From Planctomycetaceae bacterium (lineage in GTDB: Bacteria; Planctomycetota; PLA2), in NCBI GenBank assembly GCA_011525755.1, contig WYBS01000066.1, forward strand, positions 1 through 56,394: a stretch of 56,394 nt of DNA, in the 5' to 3' direction. The position numbers and the translations under genes were made by a program. This document shows positions 46,010-56,394 of this stretch, piece after piece (the first letter of the stretch is position 1; each line of letters opens with the position of its first letter). The notes under the pieces are model-generated. The model saw only the letters and a list, made by a program, of their open reading frames with translations, had not been told where the DNA came from and did no database searches.

Positions 46010-48195
46010 TGGCGCGGGCGGCAGCGCTTGCTCTTCTCGTCGCGGTGCTAGAGACCGACGTCCGCGCGGACGAGGCTGCCGGGCTGGCGGCGCTCCTTGG
46101 GACGGATCGCGCCTGCGAGGCGGCGATGAAGCTCGCGGACCTCGGACCGGCGGCGAAGGAGGCCGTGCCGCAGCTCGCGCACGCGCTAGAGAGCTCGGAC
46201 GGAGAGCTGCGCTGGCGCGCCGCCTGGGCGCTGTCGAGGATCGGCCCGGACGCCGTCCCGGCCGCCCCTGCGCTGGCGGAGACCTTCGGCGCGGAACTCG
46301 GGATGACGCAGGCGGCCGCGAGGATCGCCCTCATCCGAATCGGTCGCGGGGCCACGGGCGCCCTGATCAAGGCCATGGCGTCGGCACCCGAGCGGTACGT
46401 GCACGGCAAGACGAACCGAGCCACGCAGCCGGACTACCTCGAGCTCCTCCTCGATGCGGATCCGGATCCCGAGGCGGCCGTGCCCGCCGTGCTGAAGCTC
46501 CTTAGCAACGAGGCCGCGCGGGACGAGGCCTTCGCGGTGCTCGCGCGCATGGGACCTCGCGCGGCGGCAGCCGGTCCTCCCCTCGCCGCCCGCTTTCGCG
46601 GGCTCGGGGAGAAGGAGTCCGCCGAGGCGCACGGTCTTCTCGACACGATGGTCGCCCTCGGCGAACCCGGTGTCGCGATCCTCGCCGAGCTCGCGCAGGC
46701 GAGCCTGACCGACGATCGGCGTGGCAACGTGATCGGCGCTCTCGCCCGCATCCCGGGGCCGGGCGTGGCGTCGGCGAAGCCGTGTCTCGAGGCCACCGCG
46801 ATCCGGACGGAGCTCGCAGGGGCCCTCCGGCACATCGCCAAGGCCGGGCCCCACGCGGCCGAGCTCGTTCCCCTGCTTGAGCCGCGGATCGCGCGCTGGG
46901 AGGCGCCGCCCAAGTCCGCCGCGGCGCTTCTTGCCCTCGGCGAACCGGGGGTCCAGGCATTGGAGAGGCTCCTCTTCAAGGCCGACGCGAGGCTCCGCAC
47001 CGAGCTCGCGAAGCAGCTGTGCGAGGAGGAATGGGAGTACTCGAAGTCCGATCCCGACGGCCGCGTGAGCTGCCCGCTGGTCGAGGCCCACCGGGCCGTC
47101 GTCGTCCCGTGGCTCTTGAAGCTGGGCCTGCCGAAGGATCCGGCCGATGCGAAGAAGGAGATTCTCCGGTCGCTCGCGCGCATTCGGCTCACGGGCGCCG
47201 ACGCGCGGGCAGCCGCGACACTCGCCGGCCTGCAATTGAAGAGCGATTCCACGCCCGTCGCGGTGGAGGCGTGCGGGCTTGCCGGCAGCCTCGGCCCCGC
47301 CGCCGCCTCGCTCGCCGGTCGCCTCAAGTCGCTGGTCAAGGGCTCCGACCACGACGCGGCGGTGGTCGCAGCCGCCGCGCTCTGCGAGATCGGGAAGGGC
47401 GGGCCGAAGGAGTCGGATCTGCTGGGGTGGGCGATCGCGCGCGCGATCGAGAAGGACGACGCCCCGCGGGTCCGGGACCTGACGGAGTGGCTTCCGCGGG
47501 CCGGGCCTCCGCCGCCCGCGCGGTGCCTCGAGATCTCGAAGATCCTGCTCCCGAGGGTCAAGCCGATCCGGTCCGTCGGCGTCGACGAGTGGTTCGAATC
47601 CAACGCGGCCGCGAGGACGCTCGCGTACCTGCTCCCCGGGCTCCCCGCGAGCGAGCGGGGGCCGGTCCTCGCCGCGCTTCGCGACGAGTCCAGGCCGGCG
47701 AGCCTGACGGTGTGGAGCCTCGCGAGGGCCGGGATGATCGAATCGGTCGCGGAGCTCCTCTCCCCGGTCGGCGATCTGACGGACGTCGCGCTCGAGGGGA
47801 TCGCCGCCGCGCCCAGGAGCCCGTGGAGCGCGCTGGTCGCGCACCTGACGCATGCGAGCCCGGAGGTCCGCCGGTTCGCGGCGCGCGGGCTGCTCCTCCT
47901 CGATCCGGCGAAGGCCGGCGAGCAGGCGTGCCTCCTCGGGCTCGGCGACGACGAGACGTGCAGGTTCGATGCGGAGCTCGTCGCCGTGTATCGGAAGCTG
48001 GACCCGTCGCCCGCGCCCGCGCTGCGGAAGGGGCTCGAGAGCGGCAACGCGACGACGCGTCACCGCTCCGCGGTCATGCTCGGCGCCCTCGGCAGCCGGG
48101 ACGCGATTCCCGTGATCCGGGAGGCCATGGAGCAGAGGAACCTGTTCACCCGCAAACTCGCGCTCGAGGTGCTCGATGCGCTCCTCGCGGAGTGA
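46010..48195 (+). CDS. HEAT-repeat protein with signal peptide
   Basis: Signal MARAAALALLVAVLETDVRA. Many 'ELRWRAAWALSRIGPDAVPA'-type HEAT/PBS-lyase repeats. Confidence 0.7.
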
Positions 48196-48197
48196 CC

Positions 48198-49181
48198 TCA
48201 GAGGTCGCGCAGCCGCGGGTACTTGAACCGCATCGCGTCCTGGAACCAGCGCGGGTACTCCTTCCAGTGCGCGGCGAGCACCTCCGTGTCCTCGCGGTCC
48301 GGTTCGACGACGAAACGGCCGTCCTCCGGCGGCGGGACGAGCAGCGGCACCTTCACGCACTCGCCGCGGCTCGCGACGATCTTCCAGGCGCGCACGTCGT
48401 CCGTCGTCTCCTCGTCCACGTAGCGCTCCGCCACCTCGATCCCCGTCACCGGCTGGAAGAGGTAGGCGCTGAGCGTCGCGAGGTCGTTCGGGAACGCGGC
48501 GAGCGGCTCGTCGAAGCTCTCGGCGAACACGAAGAGCCCCTTCCCGATCTCCTCGTACACGTGCGGCCGCGCGACGTACGAGAAGATCGCGAGCTGCTCG
48601 TGCTCGAGACACTGCGGCAGCGTCTCGCGGTCGGTGCCCGAGATCTCGAGGCGGAGGTCGTAGCGCCAGACCGTGACCGGGAAGGTGTCGGGAGCCTCGG
48701 GGAGGGGCGGCAGCTCCTCCACGGGAGGCTCCTGCGGGGGACCGGGAGGGGGCGCGGGGGAGGGGGGCGGCGGAGCCGCCGCGGCGCGGCCGCGCTCGGC
48801 CGCCCCGATCCACGCGAGGTTGAGCGCGTTGACGGTCGCGTGCGCGACGGCGCACGGCCACACGGAGCCGGTGCGCTCGCGCAGGAACCCGAACACGATG
48901 CCGGCGAGGAACGCGAAGATCGGGTAGCCCGCGAGTTCGCGCACGGGCACGACGTGGCAGATCGCGAAGAGGAACGACGTGCCGACGAGGCCGAGCTGCG
49001 GCCAGAGCGCGCCGCGGAAGCACATCTCCTCCGCGACGCCGGAGACCGCGGCGAGGAGGATCGCGTCGCCGCCGCGGATGGGCCCGAAGAAGCCGCCGAG
49101 GAACCGCGTGGCCTCCCGCATCCGCGCGGAGAGCCGGTGCGCGACGTGGCAGACCGCGACGATCCCGAGGCCGAGGAGCAC
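48198..49181 (-). CDS. CPBP-family intramembrane metalloprotease domain fused through a Pro-rich linker to a C-terminal domain of unknown function
   Basis: The three CPBP motifs are present (EEMCFRG, FAICH, HATVN). 'APPPPSPAPPPGPPQEPP' linker. ~180-aa soluble C-terminal domain. Confidence 0.65.
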   Translation of the reverse strand: MLLGLGIVAVCHVAHRLSARMREATRFLGGFFGPIRGGDAILLAAVSGVAEEMCFRGALWPQLGLVGTSFLFAICHVVPVRELAGYPIFAFLAGIVFGFLRERTGSVWPCAVAHATVNALNLAWIGAAERGRAAAAPPPPSPAPPPGPPQEPPVEELPPLPEAPDTFPVTVWRYDLRLEISGTDRETLPQCLEHEQLAIFSYVARPHVYEEIGKGLFVFAESFDEPLAAFPNDLATLSAYLFQPVTGIEVAERYVDEETTDDVRAWKIVASRGECVKVPLLVPPPEDGRFVVEPDREDTEVLAAHWKEYPRWFQDAMRFKYPRLRDL

Positions 49182-49375
49182 CCCCTCCCCGAGACCCCTC
49201 CCCGTGGGCGCCGAGGGCCCGAACAGGTCGACCCCGAATACCCACGCCCACCCCGCCGAAACCAGCGCGACCAGGGAGTAGAACAGGGTAACGGTTGACC
49301 TGCGCGGCAGGCGTAAGTCCTTTCTGGGAAAAGGGTTGCGTCAGTTCGGATGCGGAACTGCTTCCGCGCCTTTCC

Positions 49376-50358
49376 CTACCGGCGCATCGACCATACCACG
49401 GCGGATCCGCCCTCCTGCGCGCGCTCGAACTCCGCGCGCGAGCGGATGCCCCGGTAGCCCTCCGCGACGATCACCTGGCCGCACACGCCGCCGAGCGTGT
49501 TGCCGGGGCCGGGCAGCGCGAGGATGTCTGGCGCGTACTCGCGGAGCGCCACCCGCACCGACGTCGTGAACCGGAAGGGCGTCGTGAGCTGGGTGCCGAG
49601 CGTGTAGGCGGCGAGATCCTCCGGGTCGGTCGACCACGGCGTGAACCGCGCGCCGCGGCCGTCGACGAGCGTCACCAAGGGCGCGCTCCAGCCGAGCCCC
49701 GCGAGGTGGGCGGCGCCCCTCGACACCCCCTCGACGAGAGGCGTGTGGTAGGGGCCGTGCTGCTTCAGCCGGTACGGGTAAAGGCTCGGCCCCATCTCGA
49801 CCGGCGGCAGCCGCTCGAGCAGGTGCGCGACGCCCTTCTCCGTGCCCGCGAGCACCGCGTACCCGCCGAGGTCGATCGACGCGAACGCCTCGCCCGGCGC
49901 GGCGGCGAGCGCCTCCTCCACGCGCGCCGCGAGCTTCCCGTCGATCCGCCACTGGTCGTCGATCAGCGGGTAGAGCACCTGCCCGCCGTCCGCGTGGCGC
50001 ATCTGGAGGATCGAGATCTCCTGCACGAGGCGGAACCCGTCGGCGAACGAAAGCGCGCCCGCCGCGGCGAGCGCCGTGTACCAGCCGAGCGAGTTGCCGC
50101 CGATGCAGACGACCTCGTGCTCCTTCATCGCCTGCGCCGCGTCGATCATCGAATGGAGGTAGATGAGCGCCGACGCGTTGTCCGGCCGCAGGTGCACCTC
50201 GCCGTCCCAGCGGGCGCGGTCCATCTCGAGGACCGGCGGCAGGCCGTACCCCGCGCGCAGCGCGTCCGCCTCGGCGACCCACGGGTGGTCCTCGGGCAGG
50301 AGCTTCATCGTCCGCTTCGTGTACGCGCCGCGGCCGGGGAAGAAGAGAGCCGCGCGCT

Positions 50359-50362
<4 letters not shown>
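49376..50362 (-). CDS. FabD-like acyltransferase (malonyl-CoA:ACP transacylase family) with a GNSLG active-site variant
   Basis: 'FFPGRGAY' for FPGQGSQ. 'GNSLGWYTALAAAGALSFADGFRLV' for GHSLGEY…. 'LKQHGPYHTPLV' for the second conserved His region. Confidence 0.75.
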
Positions 50363-52440
<2,078 letters not shown>

Positions 52441-52685
52441 GTCGATGGCCCGCGAAAGCGCCTGGTCCTCGAAGAGCGCGACGGCTTCGCGCGCGAGCAG
52501 GCGGCCGCCCGCGCGCAGTGGCGCGTCGCGCGGCAGGCGCGGCGCGCCCTCCGCGGTCTCGAGATAGGCGTCGAGATTGCGCTCGACGATCGTGATGCGG
52601 TCCGAGATGCCCTAGAGAATCGCCGGGACCGGGGACGGCGCCAAGAAACGCCGAGTCGCCGTGGGAACGGGACTCGCCCGCGGGA

Positions 52686-53144
52686 CTACCGGCGGGACTC
52701 GAGGACGTAGCCGGTGAGGCCGCCGCAACCGACGAGGATGCACACCGCGAGCAGGTGGCCGTGGCCGGAGATCAGGATCGACTCCGGCGCCAGCATCGAC
52801 GAGGGGTCCCAGCCCATCCGGCGCATGAGGAACGCCGCGCCGTACGCGAGCGGGAGGAGCATCACGCCCTTCAGGAGGCCGCCCCCCGTCCGCTGGACGA
52901 AGTAGCCGGCGAACGCAGCGAACAGGAACTCGAGCAGGAACGAGTGCCAGTAGAAGCCGATCCGCGTCACGACGACCGTGATGCCGATCGCCACGAGCAT
53001 CGCGAACACGCCGCTGAGCGCGCCGCGGATCCCCTTGCCCGCCTCGCGCACGCTGCTGCCGCGGAGCGCGGCGCGTTCGCGGGCGATGAATTCCTGGCGG
53101 AGCTTCAGGCCGGGGTCCATGAATCTCTCATCGGCCTCCGGCAT
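52686..53144 (-). CDS. integral membrane protein, hypothetical
   Basis: Start chosen at MPEADERF. Four hydrophobic helices. TAG stop. Confidence 0.5.
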   Translation of the reverse strand: MPEADERFMDPGLKLRQEFIARERAALRGSSVREAGKGIRGALSGVFAMLVAIGITVVVTRIGFYWHSFLLEFLFAAFAGYFVQRTGGGLLKGVMLLPLAYGAAFLMRRMGWDPSSMLAPESILISGHGHLLAVCILVGCGGLTGYVLESRR

Positions 53145-53277
53145 GGGGAAAGAGGGGGGCCGGGGGGGAGGTGCGTCCCGGATCGGGACGACCGGCGCGC
53201 GCAAGGGCTGTTTCCGCGGCCACGGCCGAGGCCGTGGCCCCCGGAGCCCCCCCGGTTCGCCCCCGGACGCGCCGCGC

Positions 53278-54936
53278 CTACGCCTTCGACGGGCGCCAGG
53301 CGCCGTCGACCACCTTCCTCGCGAACTCCTCGATCCGGGCGCCGAGATCCTTCGGCGTGAGGCCGAACGCGGTCTTGATGTCGGTCCCCTCGCGCTTCGC
53401 CGTGTAGTGGGCCGTCATGAAGTCGATGAGCTGCTGCCGGTACTTCCCGTTCTCGGCCCAGTAGAGGTAGTGGCAAGCCGCCGCGGACTGCTCGTAGAAG
53501 AGCCGCGCCTCGCCGAACGGCTGCGGGGTGATCCCCCACGGTTTTTTCGCCGTGGCGACGACGCCGGTCTTCGTCACCCACTCCCCCTGCGCCTTCGCCT
53601 GCGAGAGCCCGAAGAGCCTCTCCCAGTCGATCAGCTTGCCCTTGTCCCGCGAGATCGCCGCGACGACGCTGAGGCTGTTCGCGTGGGGCGCGAAGTGCGA
53701 CCACTTGTAGGTGTCGATGTCGTAGCTGCCCTCCTCGATGAAGGTGGCGAAGCCCTCGACGACCCAGTAGCCCGGCACGATGCCGCGGTTCTCGGCCGTC
53801 GAGAAGTCGCTCGCGTGCCAGCGCGGGTTCCTGCGCTCGATCCAGTGGTGGGTCAGCTCGTGCACGAACACGCGACGCACCTCGCGCGTCGCGTCCGGCG
53901 TCTCCGGCCAGAAGAAGCGCGAGACGTTGTCGCTCCGCGAGTAGACGCCGAGCGACATGCGGGCCATCGGGTTCCCGCCGAGGCTCTGCACGTACTCGTC
54001 CCGCGACTCGAAGAAGTAGATGACGAGCGGCTCGTTGTCGTCGCGCCTCGGGTTGTCCGTGGCGAAGATCTTCGCCAGCGCGCGGGAGGTGATCTTCGCG
54101 TACCGCACGCACTTGCCGAGGATCTCGGTGCGGTCGTCGATCGGCGTCAGGAAGACGATCTCCGCGCCCTCCTCCCGCGTCTCGACGCCGTTCAGGTCCT
54201 TGCGCCAGACGGTGCGGGCGCGCTGCATGTCCGGCGCGCGCCGGCCGAGCGGGCGCACCTCGCCGCGCAGCACGTCCACCTGCCAGTCGAGCCAGATGCG
54301 GCGCCCCTTGGCGGGATCCGGCCGGCCCTCCGCCGTGCTGCCGAAGGGGGGGTACTCCGGCGCGATCCCCTCGAGGATCGCGAGCGCGGCCTCGTTCTTC
54401 TCGTTCATCCGGAGCGCGGCGCGCAGCAGCTGCCAGCCGCGGTACTCGTGTCCCTCGCCTGCGTCGAGCTCCGCCTTCGCCCGCTTGCAGAGGAGGTCGG
54501 AGAGCACGATGCCCGCGTCGGGCGCGGCCCCCGGGGCCCCCTCCTTTCTCTCCGCGGAGAGCAGGCGCTTGTCCCAGTCGGCAGCCTCCTTCGCGGGAAG
54601 TCCCGACATGGCCGCGAGCACGAGCATCTCCCGCGCGGCATCGACGGCGCCCGCCGCGACGGCCTCGGGGAAGAGCTTCCGGCACAGCGCGAGCCGGTCC
54701 CGCACCGCGATCGCGCGGCACGCGTCGAGCTGCGCCTCGAACGACGGCGCGTGGAGCGCGAGGCCCTTGTCGTCCTCCCAGAGGAGGACCTCGTCGAGCG
54801 GCACGGCGCGGCCCGCGACCGTGAGCGACGCGTCGCCCTTCGCGACCGGGCCCTCGAGGATGGTCCGGTCGCGGAGCACGACCGTGTCCGCCGCGGCGAG
54901 CGCGGGGACGAGAAGCAGCGTCGCGAGGGTCCTCAT
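53278..54936 (-). CDS. secreted putative zinc metallopeptidase (HEXXH, DUF1570/MA-clan-like)
   Basis: Signal MRTLATLLLVPALAAA. 'VFVHELTHHW' HExxH motif plus a downstream Glu ('EGFATFIEEG'). Confidence 0.7.
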   Translation of the reverse strand: MRTLATLLLVPALAAADTVVLRDRTILEGPVAKGDASLTVAGRAVPLDEVLLWEDDKGLALHAPSFEAQLDACRAIAVRDRLALCRKLFPEAVAAGAVDAAREMLVLAAMSGLPAKEAADWDKRLLSAERKEGAPGAAPDAGIVLSDLLCKRAKAELDAGEGHEYRGWQLLRAALRMNEKNEAALAILEGIAPEYPPFGSTAEGRPDPAKGRRIWLDWQVDVLRGEVRPLGRRAPDMQRARTVWRKDLNGVETREEGAEIVFLTPIDDRTEILGKCVRYAKITSRALAKIFATDNPRRDDNEPLVIYFFESRDEYVQSLGGNPMARMSLGVYSRSDNVSRFFWPETPDATREVRRVFVHELTHHWIERRNPRWHASDFSTAENRGIVPGYWVVEGFATFIEEGSYDIDTYKWSHFAPHANSLSVVAAISRDKGKLIDWERLFGLSQAKAQGEWVTKTGVVATAKKPWGITPQPFGEARLFYEQSAAACHYLYWAENGKYRQQLIDFMTAHYTAKREGTDIKTAFGLTPKDLGARIEEFARKVVDGAWRPSKA

Positions 54937-56102
54937 CCGATCTCCTCCGGAACGAGCGCGAGCATCGACTTGCCATCCGCGGGCACGAGCAGCAGCAGGG
55001 CGTCACGCGCGGGGACGGCGTGGAAACGGAGCCCCTTCCGGAGCACCGCCCCTTCCGGCCGCTCGCGCGCATGCCAGAAGACCGCGTTGCCGATCACGTC
55101 GCCGCACCAGTCGCCGTAGACCTGGCAGGACTCGCCGAGCCAGATCGCCCCGGCCGGCGCCTCGAAGAGCTCGGGGCGGTCCGCGGCGGCGACGCGCGGG
55201 ACGCGCGGGCTCTTCTCGTCGGCGTAAAACATCGTCCAGGCCCGGTCCGCCGACATCGAGAGGAGCAGGCGGTCGCCGACGAAGGGCTCCGTGAGGAGCT
55301 TCTCGGTCCGCGAGAGCGTGAGCTCGGCCGTGCCCGGGTTGCGGGCGAGGACCGCCCATGTCTGCGCCTTCTCCGGCGGGAGCAGGGCGCCGACGATGCG
55401 GTTGCCGACGACGACGCGCCCGCCGCCGCCCGCTTCCGCCGGATCGGCGAGCGTGACCGAGGAGGCCTCCTTCCCGTCGGCCCGTGCGTACGCGGAGAGG
55501 ACGAGCTTCGTGCCGTCGCGGCGGAGCGCGTAGACGTGGCCGTCGCGCACGGCGGGCTCGCCCGCGAACGCGCCCTCGACCTTCCACGCCGGCCGGGATA
55601 GCCCGGCGCGGAGGCTCAGGAGCGCGCGCGGCGTCGCGACGTAGATCTCGTCGTCCACGATGCGCGGCGGCGAGGCGCCGCCGCCGACGTCGGAGCTCCA
55701 CTGGCGCGAGAGCGTGCGTCCGTCCAGCTGGATCTGGGCGAGGGTCTTCCCCTCCTCGAGGAGGAACGCGCTCCGCGAGGCCACGGCCGGCTGGCCCGGC
55801 GCGCGCACGGAGGTCTTCGCCCACGGCTTCCCGGTCTCGGCGTCGAGCGCGACGAGCTCGGCCGCCTTGGCGTCGCCGTCGACGAGGAAGATCGCGCCGT
55901 CCCAGACGACGGGGGGGAAGAGGACCGAGGCCTTCGCCTTGTAGGTCCAGGCGATGCCGCCGAAGGTCTCCGGCGGCTGGGCGCGGCTCTGGCCGCTGTT
56001 CGAGGCGGGGCCGCGCGCGTGGCTCCAGCGGGTCGGGGGGGCGATGCCGCCGTCGTCCGCGAGCGCGACGGCGGCCGCGAGGAGGAGGGCCAGGTGTCTC
56101 AT
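54933..56102 (-). CDS. PQQ-like beta-propeller repeat protein, secreted
   Basis: Signal MRHLALLLAAAVALA. Repeated 'DGAIFLVDGD / DDEIYVAT / DGHVYALRRDG' propeller blades. Confidence 0.65.
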   Translation of the reverse strand: MRHLALLLAAAVALADDGGIAPPTRWSHARGPASNSGQSRAQPPETFGGIAWTYKAKASVLFPPVVWDGAIFLVDGDAKAAELVALDAETGKPWAKTSVRAPGQPAVASRSAFLLEEGKTLAQIQLDGRTLSRQWSSDVGGGASPPRIVDDEIYVATPRALLSLRAGLSRPAWKVEGAFAGEPAVRDGHVYALRRDGTKLVLSAYARADGKEASSVTLADPAEAGGGGRVVVGNRIVGALLPPEKAQTWAVLARNPGTAELTLSRTEKLLTEPFVGDRLLLSMSADRAWTMFYADEKSPRVPRVAAADRPELFEAPAGAIWLGESCQVYGDWCGDVIGNAVFWHARERPEGAVLRKGLRFHAVPARDALLLLVPADGKSMLALVPEEIG

Positions 56103-56176
56103 CGGCAGGGCACCCATGATACGCGGGCGCGGCGAAGGATCTTGCAGGAAGGCGGGGGCGTGCGACGCTCTAACCG

Positions 56177-56394
56177 ATGTTCAACGTCGTCCTCGCCGAG
56201 CCCCGCGGCTTCTGCGCCGGCGTGGACCGGGCGATCGAGATCGTGGAGCGGGCGCTCGAGAAGTTCGGGCCCCCGATCTACGTACGGCACGAGATCGTCC
56301 ACAACCGCCACGTCGTCGAGAAGCTGCGGGCGAAGGGCGCGGTCTTCGTCGAGGAGCTGCGCGATGTCCCGCGCGGGGCGGTCGTGATCTTCTC
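56177..56394 (+). CDS. ispH: 4-hydroxy-3-methylbut-2-enyl diphosphate reductase, 5' part (truncated by the window edge)
   Basis: '[43 protein letters not shown]' is the canonical IspH/LytB N-terminus. Confidence 0.85.
   Translation, partial: MFNVVLAEPRGFCAGVDRAIEIVERALEKFGPPIYVRHEIVHNRHVVEKLRAKGAVFVEELRDVPRGAVVIF

Overview
This window is a 56.4 kb stretch of very GC-rich (about 70%) Gram-negative chromosome. Gene content suggests a Myxococcota or other deltaproteobacterial-like organism, but that is an inference. Most long ORFs in the six-frame track are Arg/Pro/Gly-rich artefacts of the GC bias. I picked real genes by recognisable protein-family motifs, signal peptides, and stop/start overlaps.

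About 50 genes are supported, with no rRNA, tRNA, CRISPR array, or transposase detected:
- A long minus-strand run (11.7-22.9 kb): an alpha/beta hydrolase, two SAM-dependent methyltransferases, a small His-rich ORF, a heavy-metal RND efflux system (adaptor, pump, His-rich lipoprotein, outer-membrane factor), and a short-chain dehydrogenase/reductase (SDR).
- Housekeeping genes: lpxD, a dimethylarginine dimethylaminohydrolase (DDAH)/amidinotransferase-family gene, a GNAT acetyltransferase, an OmpR/histidine-kinase two-component pair, an inositol-monophosphatase-family gene, a flotillin-NfeD-MOSC group, rtcA, and a partial ispH at the 3' edge.
- Three paralogous proteins with multiple carboxypeptidase-regulatory-like domains, a PilX_N-domain protein with Thr-rich tandem repeats, two HEAT-repeat proteins, and a Kelch lipoprotein.
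- A FabD-like acyltransferase next to a fused 2-oxoacid-dehydrogenase E1 alpha/beta gene and a CPBP-protease fusion.

Most notable findings:
1. A 160-codon lipoprotein ORF (45472-45954, minus strand) that folds like a MerP/CopZ heavy-metal-associated domain. Both CxxC cysteine codons are in-frame TGA, and a perfect 8-bp hairpin sits immediately downstream. This is a candidate U-x-x-U selenoprotein, translationally coupled to an APH-type kinase.
2. A 33-bp AT-rich palindromic repeat in four copies within the first 4 kb.
3. A heavily over-represented 14-mer, CCCCCGGAGCCCCC, with at least nine perfect copies. Six lie in-frame inside coding sequences.
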